The notes under the pieces are model-generated. The model saw nothing but the letters and a program-made list of their open reading frames with translations. It did not search any database and was not told where the DNA came from. From Diplonema japonicum (taxonomy: Eukaryota > Protista > Euglenozoa: Diplonemea), in assembly GCA_964019335.1 (NCBI GenBank), contig OZ025694.1, positions 372,001-436,000 on the forward strand: 64,000 bases of DNA. The letters run 5' to 3'. Of the stretch, positions 24,504 to 34,348 are shown one piece after another (position 1 is the stretch's first letter; every line of letters starts with the position of its first letter). The position numbers and the translations under genes are program-made.

Positions 24504-25000
24504 TAAGCTCTTTAATCTAACTTTTTCTTCACTGTTTCTTCACTCTGTGTGAATAAGTTTTTTTTTTTATTCTTCCCCAGAAACCATTATGCGGGGACCC
24601 ATTCCCCCTCGGCAAATATGTTGCCAGAATCAAATAAAATGAAAGTAGAAAATGCCGCAAAAAAAAAAAAAAAAAAGAGAAGAAAGAAAAAAAGGGAGAG
24701 GTATTTGCCCTCTCCCCTTTTCGTCCTTAGCGTGTGTGTGCCTCTCTCTTTTGATGACGAGACAGAAAACACTCAAAAGAAAAGGAACAAATTTATCCCA
24801 GGGAAAAAAAGAAAAAGAAAAGAGATGGCTTTTGAGGAATGAAGACATGAAGACTTCTGGGTCTGGATTCCAGTGGTCACAAATAGAGGTAAGATTAAAG
24901 AAGATTTTTAAGAAAAAAAAGAACTGAAGGATGTTACTCTTCGCCAGAAAACTGGAAGAAAAAGAAAAAAAGAGGGGAGCAAAAGGGAAGGCTTTCCTTT

Positions 25001-25051
25001 TTGAAAATAAGGAAACGGAAACGTTTCCCGTTTCTTGCCAACATAGCCCTG
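25001..25051. mobile_element. Right end of hAT-like MITE (GGAAAC family)
   Basis: AAATAAGGAAACGGAAACGTTTCCCGTTTCTTGCCAACATAGCCCTG matches the right end of 40895-41060; reverse complement starts CAGGG, a hAT-type terminus. An internal piece is also at ~28-90. Confidence 0.55.
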
Positions 25052-27061
25052 GGCTGGGGGGGGGGGCAACCTTACATTTTACACCCTCCCCCATTTTTTT
25101 CTCTTTTTTTTTTGCTGAAACAAGTAAAACTTAAGATTTTTGAAAAGAACTGTAAATTGCGAAAAGAAAGAAGAAGAAAAAAAAAACAAGAAAAAGAGTA
25201 GAGGCAGTTAGTGTTTCCCTGTACTGTAGGTGAAAACGGTTTGCACAAGAAACTATTTTTTTTTTTGACAACATGGCTTTCCCCCCCACCAACCCCTCGA
25301 GACGGGAAAAAAAAAAAAAGAATTGCGAGAACTGTCTAGCTACAAGGGGAACACTGCCAAAGGTGCTTACAGGACCCCTCTTTTTTTATTTTTATTTTTT
25401 ATCCTTTCTCTTTTCTTGTCTTTACCCCCCTCGGATTGCGTCTTTTTAAGAGTTCTTTGAAGACTATAAACAGAAGGGAAGAAAGAAAAAAATAATGGAA
25501 AGAGAAAGGAAACCGACTCGATAGGGAGGTGCCCATATGTTACTGAGTAAGTCTTTTTTTTTTTTTCTTCTTCTTCCGCTGCTGCGTGTTTACAGGTTAC
25601 AGGTTTCGACCCCACAACACATAAAAACAACAGCCAGTTTCCTTCCTCTTATTTTCTTCGTGCTTTCAAAAAGAATTTTTTTCCCTCTTAAAATCGCCAA
25701 CGACATGATGAAGTACATTGCAAAGGAAATGAAATCTTTACAAAATGCCGAGTTTGCGTCTTGACAGAAATATCCCCCCCCCTCCCCATTCACTAATTTT
25801 TCTCACTATTCTTTTTTTGAAAAAAATTTGAAAAAGAAAAAAAAAAACATTTAGACACCCTATGAAATTCCCTTTTTCCTTTCTTTTTTTTTTTCTCACA
25901 GTTTACCATCTACGCTTTGCTGATTTTTTGCCTGAATAGAAAAAAAAAAAAAAGATAGAAGATACATTTGACCCCCCCTTTTTCTTTTTTTTTTTTTTTT
26001 TTAGTTAGTTTTCACGCCCAAGCTGCTGAATAGGTACTACAATGAGCCTAATAGGCACTACCACGACAGAAGTGATCAAGCGAGAATGGTTGTCGTTAGC
26101 GATCCTGTCACACACTGCAGGCTCCCTTCAAAGACACCTTTTTTGTACGAAGCTGCATGGCATCCAAACACATCAGTGGCTTGAGATCGTGAACTCTATA
26201 AACTATTTTTTATTTTTTTTTTGCTAACGTATTTCTTTTTTTTTTTATGTGTATATATATATATCATAGCCTGCACGTTGTAACGCAAGCATAACGTTAT
26301 CAAATTGCTATTTTTTTAAATGATCGATGTTGTCCCATTTCTTTTACCAAGACCATTTTTCAATTTCTTTTTTTTTCGAACGCCCTATTTTGACGATCTC
26401 AGCCAGGGGCTACAGAAGCAATTAAACACCAAGGAGAGTTGTGGGAGGCTTGCTTCACTGGCACAAGGCCGTGGAGAGGTCTTCCACAAGTACCTCTCTA
26501 GCTCACCTTTAGTCTCTCATCCCTCCCTGTTGCCATTCTTGAAACAGCGTCTTCTCATTCCAAACTTTATAACGCGCCCAAGGTCTGGCTGAAGTAAACC
26601 AATGTTCATTGTCCCCGAGGGTCATATTTCGTGTTTCTGGACCCCTTCTCGACATCTGCGGGGGTATAGAGGACCTCTGCGTGCCCAGGCTAGTTTTGCA
26701 CTATTTAAATACCCTTAACGATTAAAGTACCCAATTGGTATCGGTTTGACGTACAGGCTATGTTATATATATTCTAAAAACTTATTTCTTTTTTTTAAAG
26801 ATTTTTTTTGTTATGAATCGGGGAGGGAGAAATGAGAACTTTTAAAAAAGAAAAAAAAAAGAGGGGGCAGATAAATCCCTCCTCTATTTTTCTTTTTCTC
26901 TCTGCTTTCTCTCTTTTTTTATTTATGTGACAAGAAGAATGAAGGTGTTCTCAGTCACTTGAAAATAAAAGATTTAAAGAACAATGAAAAAAAGAAAACA
27001 AGTTTTTAAAATGAATAAAAAAGAAAACAAAAAAAGTAATATAGGAGATAAAGAAGGCCAG

Positions 27062-27298
27062 GTACAGGGGGCGCACCTCGGCCGAGCTGTGTCCGCGTCG
27101 TGTCCTTAATGCGTGCGGTGTGCAGCTCAGCCCCAGCCGGGCCGGGGGGGCGCGCTCCGGGTAACCAAGATTCTGCGTTCGTGAAGTTGCTTCCTGTTCG
27201 TCACCCTTAGCATCTGCTACCGGTGATGACCGACGAGGAGGTCAACAGCGAACAACACATCTGATGTACTTCTTTATATCTCCCGTGTTATCCCCAAC
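27062..27298 (+). mobile_element. Dispersed ~250-bp repeat family H, inverted relative to the copies at 34018 and 58592
   Basis: Reverse complement of TGTTCGCTGTTGACCTCCTCGTCGGTCATCACCGGTAGC...GCACGCATTAAGGACACGACGCGGA...CTCGGCCG.GG.GCGCCCCCTGTA. Confidence 0.75.
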
Positions 27299-27576
27299 AA
27301 CGTTTCCTTCTCACATGAAACCGGAATGTGATTACAACCGGTTTCCCCCCCCCCCCCCCCCCCCCCATTTTTATCTTCTTTTCAGGCAAAACCTCATTGA
27401 GCGCCAGATAGAGAAACGCTACTTTTTTTTTCCTTTTTTTTTTTCCCCCAAAAAAGAAATACCCCCACCCCATCCCAAAGAACCCCCACTCTCACACACA
27501 GTAGTAGCTGAAGAGCAACAAAAGAAAATGATGCACTTTCTTTTTACTGTTTTCTTTTTTCTTTTTTTTTTTTCCA

Positions 27577-27695
27577 AGCTGGGGAGGAGGCCGGCACGAC
27601 CACCCGAAGAAGGAGAAACCGCTGCTGAAAGGGATAAGTGGGTAGTGGATGAGAACAAGGGGGCGTCTTACAAGGACTTCCTTCAACTCATATAT
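27577..27695 (+). mobile_element. 3'-end fragment of LINE family 2
   Basis: Encodes LGRRPARPPEEGE, matches 33831-33950 through CAACTCATATAT. Confidence 0.75.
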
Positions 27696-27700
27696 AATAT

Positions 27701-28703
27701 GAGCTCGTCCGGACGAAAATGTCAACACTTTTTTGGGCACCTCCGAAAATTTCTTGTTTTGATTATTTGAGCAAAAAAAGGGCAGCATGCAACCATAGGA
27801 AGATGACATATATGGTGTACATGATGTCGTTCTTTCAATTGCGATGCTTGTTTTGCCATGAGGGTGGCAGGCTTTGCAACCGGCTGCCCCCGGGAAGCGA
27901 AAAATAGAGGTCAGAAAAACGGCGAAAAATGTTTAAAATGCAATCTTGTTGCTTAAAATGCAGCATCTAGGGTGCATAAAATTGGTGATCAAGCGCACTT
28001 GTGACCCCTGGGTACAACCCAGGGTCGGGTTACTGTTAAAAGTACTTAGCGAAATATATATGGCGCCGCATAGCCCCCGAAAATCCGGTTTTTTACACCC
28101 TATTTTTTGGCTTTTTCAAGGGGTTCCTAAGGGATTTTGGCCTTTTTCAGAAAGACCAATTCTTAACACTTGCCTGCTCATGCAGAGCTTCGACATTGGT
28201 ATCTTTGGGGTCAAACTTTCATTCTCACCCATCTGCTGAGGTTTTTCCTTTTCTTTTGCACTCATAATACTTTAAAAGTGAAAAATTTGCTTTTTTAAGG
28301 GGTTTTAAAGGATTTTAGCCTTAAATAGGCCAAAATGGCACTGTAAGGGAAAGTTCTCCTCACCCATTTTAATAGTGATTTAGAGTCCAGCCCACCCAAA
28401 ATGACCCCAAAGGTTTCACAGATTTTCAGTCTGCGTCCATTCCTCCTGTCACTTTTCACGGAAAAACGAAAATAAAAAATGGAGTCTGGGTTATTTGTAA
28501 CTTCCAAATTGAATCGTTTGCCAAAAACCATTCTAAAAAACATGTTTTTGCACGTGCGTTTTAAAAATAAAACAAACGGCGAGCATTTTGACCTATATGG
28601 TGATGACAAAGTGGTGTCGGACTACTTTTTTACTTAGAAATTTAACGGGGGTTTTCCGCCGCATAGGAGGGTCATTTGTTGACCTTTTTTTCCGGACGAG
28701 CTC
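27701..28703. mobile_element. 1003-bp non-autonomous TIR element with GAG...CTC termini and ATAT target duplication (Sola-like)
   Basis: ATAT|GAGCTCGTCCGGACGAAAATGTCAACA ... TGTTGACCTTTTTTTCCGGACGAGCTC|ATAT; no coding capacity; inserted in the AT tail of the LINE-2 fragment. Confidence 0.8.
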
Positions 28704-29173
28704 ATATAGTTCTTTTTTAAAACAGAAGAAAAGACAAAAGAAAGAAAGGAGCATCACCTGACCTGACCCTCGCGGCGGCTAGCACTAGTTCTTTTTTATT
28801 TTATTTCTTTTATTCCAAATCGGAAAACAGTTGGCCTTTGACAGGCGAGTCCATTCGTGAGACAGCAAATAATATTGGTAACTTCAATTTATGAGGTTTT
28901 TCTTTCCCCCCCCCCCCCCCTCTTTTTTATTCCCTTGTTCTAGCTCTAAAAATATTGTTTTTTTTTTTGAGCCTATCCGCCCATTGCAGCAGCAACAGAG
29001 AACGCGCTGGAGCTTTCTGTTTCCGCTGGCTACACATCTGAAAAAAAAGGGGGGGGTGTTCAAAAGAAAGGAGGGACGATAAGAAAGAAGAGAGGAGGGG
29101 GAATGTTGTACACAGGAATAGGGATAGTGGTGGCATGCAGTACTTAGCTCAGGATGTGCCGTGTAACATAAGT

Positions 29174-29218
29174 AGAGACAAGGGGTTCCACAACAGTAAC
29201 CTCCTTTATCTCATCTCT
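29174..29218 (+). mobile_element. Short dispersed repeat family F (T-tract-terminated)
   Basis: AGA.ACAAGGGG..CCA.AACAG.AACCTC.TTTATCTCATCTCTTT recurs at 59177-59226. Confidence 0.55.
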
Positions 29219-29894
29219 TTTTTTTGTCTTCTCTTCCCCCGCCCCCTCTTCTGTTCATTTCCTCAACAACGTTTTCTTGTTCTTTCTTCTTCTTCTTCTT
29301 CCTCACCAGGGCTGCAACGACAGTGAGGTTATGATACTGTTGAAGAGATGGCTCCCTTTTCCAGGAAAGGTGTGGTCCTTTGTCGCCGATCTACGCGGAG
29401 ATACTACCTTGCCTCATAAGGTGACAGGTTTGCGGGTACACCCAGCAGGGCCATGTGCTGGGTGGGCCTGACCTCCCTTGCGTGTTGTGTGCGTATGCCT
29501 GCGTCCCGAGGTTCGCTGGGGCACCTGATGGAGCAGTACCAGCGGCGAACCCCGTCCAGCCTAGACCCACTTTCGGAAGTCCCCCTTGCAGCATATTGCC
29601 TACCGGACCTAGCGGTGTTGTTCTTCCTTTGCTACTGCCAGCCTTTCACACCTCCCCACACTGTCCCCTTCTTTTGGTGCGCCCTGCGGAATAGAGCCAT
29701 TGCGCGGTACGGCGAGGCCACCTCCGGGTCGCATGTGGGGCACCTGATGGAGCAGTACCAGCGGCAGTCCTGGCACGTCACAGCCCACCAGTTATTGTAG
29801 GTCGTTCCTTTGTATTGTTTCTTTAATGGAGGACAGCGAATGATCGTCATCTAGCTAGCTTTCTGTATCATGGCACAAAGAAGAGCTTTATGCG

Positions 29895-30045
29895 GGATGG
29901 AAATGGAACCACTGCGTGACAGGACAGGGTGGCCGCTCTGCTTTGAAGCTGCATGCGACCCTCTCAAAGGAGGAACGGGGTTCGAGCACCTGGAAAGACT
30001 GCAACTGGTCGTCGAGAAGCGGGACGAAGCGCTGATGCAAAGCAG
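29895..30045 (+). mobile_element. Internal relic of a LINE related to family 1 (post-zinc-finger region)
   Basis: EPLRDRTGWP...FEHLERLQLVVEKRDEALMQ aligns with LINE EPLRNRTGWP...FAYLEKLQRYLAVVVEKRDVELMQ at 37245-37385. Confidence 0.7.
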
Positions 30046-31219
30046 GAGGCAGCAACAAGAAGGGAGCGGAAAAGTGAGGCAAGGCTGCGATAGGCTTCAG
30101 CAGAAGACCATTCTTCGCATCAGGACGGACAGCGCAGAAGCCACGGGAGTTGAAGGAGGAAAGACCGCGTGACAGTCCATGATTGTCTGTTTAGTTTTGA
30201 GTTAAATCTTGAGTTTTCTTTTTGTTCCTTCCCCCATGCTCTGCTTCTTCCCTTCTCAACACGACTCAATCACACATCAGTGAACACTTTGATAAAAGAA
30301 AAAGAAAACACACAACTACTGCAAAAATGGAAAGAGAAATGCCTTTACCCCAGCTCCTTGAGAAGTACAGGAAAGGGGAGCGCCTCGGGGGAGGGGGCCA
30401 GGGGTCGGTGTTCAAGGCGGTGAGGGTGGTGGACGGGAAGGAGTTCGCGATGAAGTTGGTAGAGGCGGCGACGAAGGAGGAGCACGAGAGGCACGTGAAG
30501 GAGGTGGTGAACATGCTGCAGCTAAAAGACGAGAAGGTGGTCCCGTGCTTTGACTACTTCGGGACGACAAGGGAGCTGGCTGCTGGGGTGACGCAGTGGG
30601 AGCTCCACATCGTGATGCCCCTGTACACGGGGGACCTGCAGAAGCTTCTGGAGAGGGAGGGACCGCTCTCTCGGGAGATGGCAGTGAACCTCCTGCGAGA
30701 GATAGCGGAGGCGCTTGCCTACTTGCACGGGAAGGGTTGGATTCACAGGGACGTGAAGCCTCAGAACATCATGGTGGTGTCGAAGAACAACTCCGAAGGG
30801 AAGACTGGGTTCGTTCTGGCCGACCTGGGATTGTCGAAGTCTGTTGTTGGTGCAAGTGGTAGCAGCAGCAGTCTTTCTGGAGCGACCGCCAACAGCATTG
30901 TGGGGACCCTTCCCTTCATGGCACCCGACTTTCAAGGTACATCGTACACCAACAAGGTGGACATGTGGGCCCTCGGGGTGACGGTGTGCCTCGCCGTTCT
31001 GGAGAATGAGTGGCTGAGGGAACGCTTCCTGAGGTACCTGAAAATGAACCGGGACCTTGTGATGGGTGAGCTGGAAGAACGCCTCCCGAAGCTCGTGGGG
31101 GAGTCTGTGGGGACCTTGCTTCTGCGCCTCCTCTGCGTGGACCCTTCGGAACGCCCGACCGCTTTTGAGGTTCTGTCTGTGGTGGGGGCTGCACCGGTGT
31201 GTGTGGTGGACCCTTCGAA

Positions 31220-31310
31220 GGAGACAGCTGCACCTGACGAGACAGCTGTACCTGACAAGACAGCTGTACCTGACGACGCAGCTGTACCTGACGAGGCAGC
31301 TGTACCTGCG
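31220..31310 (+). repeat. 18-nt coding minisatellite, 5 units ((E/K/D)(T/A)A(A/V)PD) in kinase linker
   Basis: CAGCTG(C/T)ACCTGAC repeated with 18-nt period. Confidence 0.85.
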
Positions 31311-31934
31311 ATGACGAAGAAGGTGTTGACGATGGTGCTTCTGGCCTTCGCGGACTTCGGTGGCGAGGAGAGGAAGAGGCTGCTCAGTGTGGCTGTGGGG
31401 TAGGGTGTGGAGGAGGTTCGGGTGGCGGCGGAGGAGGCCTTCGCAAAGGACGGGCTGGGACGGGTTCGCAGGGTGGAGGTCTTCAACAGCGACTTCGATC
31501 TGTTCGTGGATGCCGACAGCGAGACTGTTTTCAAAGACAAGGAGAAGGTGAAGGTGTACCCGGAGCACAAGTTGAACATGATGGACGCGAACCAGCTCGT
31601 CTCAGATGAAGAATTCAAGAGGAAGGGCCTCGTTGCGGAGTGGGAAGAATTCGCGGAAGTGCTCTTGAGAAAGATGCTGGTGCAGGTGAAGCACGACGAG
31701 CTTGGGTTGCTTACCCAGCTGAACAAGGAACATCCACCGTGCTTGGTGATTGACTTCACAGGGGCTTCCCTGGTTCATGTGGAGGAGAGGTACGTCCCCA
31801 TTGTGACTCGCTTTGAACATGTGGTGCTGAAGGGCGTGCAAGGCGACATCGCTGATGGCTTCTTGGGATTCGGAAATACTTCGCGGCTGAGGTCACTCCG
31901 TGTCTCTCTCGACTCCACTGTTTGTTCAGGGTTC

Positions 31935-32534
31935 GTCACCAGCATCGGCAATAGATTCTTGGCTTCGTGCACCTCCCTTCAGGCCGTGGATCTCTCACCT
32001 CTTTCCAACGTCACCAGCATCGGCAATGAATTCTTGTACAGGTGCACCTCCCTTCAGGCCGTGGATCTCTCACCTCTTTCCAACGTCACCAGAATCGGCA
32101 ATGGATTCTTGGCTTCGTGCACCTCCCTTCAGGCTGTGGATCTCTCACCTCTTTCCAAGATCACCAGCATCGGCCATGGATTCTTGGATTCGTGCACCTC
32201 CCTTCAGGCTGTGGATCTCTCACCTCTTTCCAAGATCACCAGAATCGGCGATGCCTTCTTGATTTCGTGCACCTCCCTTCAGGCCGTGGATCTCTCACTT
32301 CTTTCCAACGTCACCAGCATCGGCAGTGAATTCTTGATTTCGTGCACCTCCCTTCAGGCCGTGGATCTCTCACCTTTTTCCAACGTCACCAGAATCGGCT
32401 GTGGATTCTTGGCTTCGTGCACCTCCCTTCAGGCCGTGGATCTCTCACCTCTTTCCAACGTCACCAGCATCGGCAATGAATTCTTGTACAGGTGCACCTC
32501 CCTTCAGGCCGTGGATCTCTCACCTCTTTCCAAG
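31935..32534 (+). repeat. 8 x 75-nt near-identical LRR units (VTSIGxxFLxxCTSLQAVDLSPLSN)
   Basis: Exact 75-nt period from 31935; units 2 and 8 identical but for the last base. Confidence 0.95.
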
Positions 32535-32822
32535 CGTCTGGGGAGAGGCCGCATGAAGCTCTCAGACATTATCGAAGTAGGCTGGAGGACGAGTTAAAGA
32601 GCATCAAAAGCTATCCCAGCCCCGAAGGGTGGTACCTCTCCACTTTTACCTTCTACAGGACCACAGGGGCGGCTGAGGCACTTATGATTTAATCAGAATC
32701 CCGAGATCCCATCCCTGCTCCCCAAATAGAGAGTGTACCATCCTGTTTCTCGCGGAAACAGAAAACCTACCCCCCACCACAGCAGCCGACCGATCAGACA
32801 CAACAATATAAAAAAAGAAAAT
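32535..32822 (+). mobile_element. 3' end of an Ingi/I-like LINE with A-rich tail, abutting the last LRR unit
   Basis: 32667-32797 (GGCGGCTGAGGC...TCAGAATCCCGAGATCCCATCCC...ATCCTGTTTCTCGC.GAAACA...CCACCACAGCAGCCGAC) matches 63871-64000, the 3' UTR of a CCHC LINE fragment. Left boundary at 32535 is inferred. Confidence 0.65.
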
Positions 32823-33143
32823 AAGCCCCCCCCCAAACAAACTTTTCCCCACCCTGATTACGTGATTAAGAAAAGAAAAAAAAGGGAAAAAAGGAAAGTG
32901 GTGAAAAAGTGTAAAGTGTCAAAGAACTAGCAAAGCTTGTGGAATGAGAACTACCAGGGCAACCAGGTGAGCGTCTCGAGACACTTCCAACCCACCTTGT
33001 GGGTGCGGCCTTAGCAAGTCGAAAAGAGAGTAAAATTTAAAGGCTTTTTTGGGGATTTTCCGAAGAAGGTAGCACGGGGTAGCTAGTGAGCACCAACCGC
33101 ACCAAAACCTATCAATATTTTATTGAGTGTCTTTTTTTTTTTT

Positions 33144-33540
33144 GCGGGCCGTTGCTAACCACTTCGTTTCTATCATGGTGAATTTTTAAATACAACGGAA
33201 GGAAGATTTACCAGAAGTAAAAAGCTCTGGCGGATTGGAAGTTTTTTACTTCCTGTAATTTATTGTTTTACAGTATTTCTTTTTCTGCCCCCCTCCCCTG
33301 TGAGGCCTATGGGTGTGGCACGCCATGTCTGAAACGTACAGCTCCCTTGAAGCTCACACCAGTGTGCGAGTTTAGCCCATTTTATTTTGGCACGTTGGCG
33401 ATGGCTGTGGTGGTCGTTGCAAGAGCGCCCATAGGTAGTATTGGACGATTCAGTTGACAGAATAGTTTTTTTTTTCTTCTTCAGTCCGAATTTCCAAGTG
33501 AACGGTGAGCACCCACCCGCACTCCGAAACCTTTGAAAGG
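33144..33540 (+). mobile_element. Stack of short elements: family B (33144-33182), a TTGTTTTACAG|TA MITE end (~33190-33273), family A (33288-33466), family G end (~33498-33540)
   Basis: Each matches other copies in the window (10281, 40681, 13350, 12455). Confidence 0.65.
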
Positions 33541-33555
33541 TTTTCTTCTTTTTTT

Positions 33556-33955
33556 AGGGGGATCTCGCAGAAGTACAGCAGAAAGCGAGGAGATTGCATG
33601 GACTGATGAAGAAGATCTGGCACACATGGGAGCTAGGGAGGGTACTGAAGAAGGTGAAAGGAAGGAGGGCCTTCCCAGCTGAGCCGAGCACAAGGGTGCA
33701 CACACTACGATCCATCGGGAGGACGGTGATCGGATGGAACAGGAGGGCGATATTTGCATCACCGAAGACCAAGCATGACCTAGAGGCGTTGAAAGGACAA
33801 TGGGCAAGAGAACGAAGAGAAAGAGCGGCCAGGCTGGGGAGAAGGCCGGCAAGACCACCAAAGGAGGAGAAACCGCTGCTGAAAGGGGATAGGTGCAGGT
33901 AGAAGATGAGAACAAGGGGGCGTCTCACAAAGACTTCCTTTAACTCATATATTTT
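33556..33955 (+). mobile_element. 400-bp 3' fragment of LINE family 2 (diverged relative of family 1)
   Basis: RRAFPAEPSTRVHTLRSIGRTVIGWNRRAIFASPKTKHDLEALK aligns with family-1 C-terminus RRPFPADERKRVKSLIAIGGKAAIGFSRRPIFATRSTHDKLMELK; ends CTTTAACTCATATATTTTTT. Confidence 0.8.
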
Positions 33956-34017
33956 TTATCCTTCTCCCCCCACCCCCCCTCCCCCCTGCTTTCCCTTTGT
34001 TTTCTTTTTCTTTTATT

Positions 34018-34300
34018 TTAGGTGGTGGGGATAACATGAAAATATAAGAAAAACATCAGATGTGTTGTTCGCTGTTGACCTCCTCGTCGGTCATCACCGG
34101 TAGCGCCCGAGTGGAAGAACATAATGCAGATGCTCAGGGTGACGAACAGGCAGCAAACTGCACGAGCGCAGAATCTTGGTTACCCGGGACGCACCGGCTG
34201 GGGTTGAGCTGTACACCGCACGCATTAAGGACACGACGCGGAACGCAGAAGAAGCTACAACTCGGCCGCGGCGCGCCCCCTGTAATCAAGTAGACAGTTC
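34018..34300 (-). mobile_element. Dispersed repeat family H
   Basis: High similarity to 58592-58870 (same orientation) and 27062-27298 (inverted); A-rich tail on the minus strand. Confidence 0.75.
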
Positions 34301-34348
34301 TTGTGCAGGGCGCCGCCAACACCGGCCTCCTTTAACTCATATATTTTA

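Larger units (their letters stand above)
30327..32597 (+). pseudogene. Ser/Thr kinase (NEK-like motifs) - PB1/ubiquitin-like module - BspA/TpLRR-type LRR array; one in-frame TAG at 31401-31403
   Basis: LGGGGQGSV, FAMK, HRDVKPQN, DLG, MAPD, DMWALG; ORFs 30222-31403 and 31407-32597 are in the same frame and the paralogue reads SVAVG/CVAVG-A-GAEEVRVAA across the stop; 8 LRR units. Confidence 0.8.

Noticed and set aside
26716-26742. AACGATTAAAGTACCCAATTGGTAT, vaguely like a diplonemid spliced-leader exon end plus donor
   Set aside because: The conserved central SL block is missing, single copy, match too short to support.
29672-29765. HDV-like ribozyme (GGCCACCTC resembles the L1Tc/ingi 5' signature)
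   Set aside because: Loop 3 too long and P1/P2 pairing plus J4/2 could not be built convincingly.
31935-32534. CRISPR-like appearance of regular repeats with variable parts (also 1261-3696, 62697-63104)
   Set aside because: In-frame coding repeats with no unique spacers and no cas genes; eukaryotic context.
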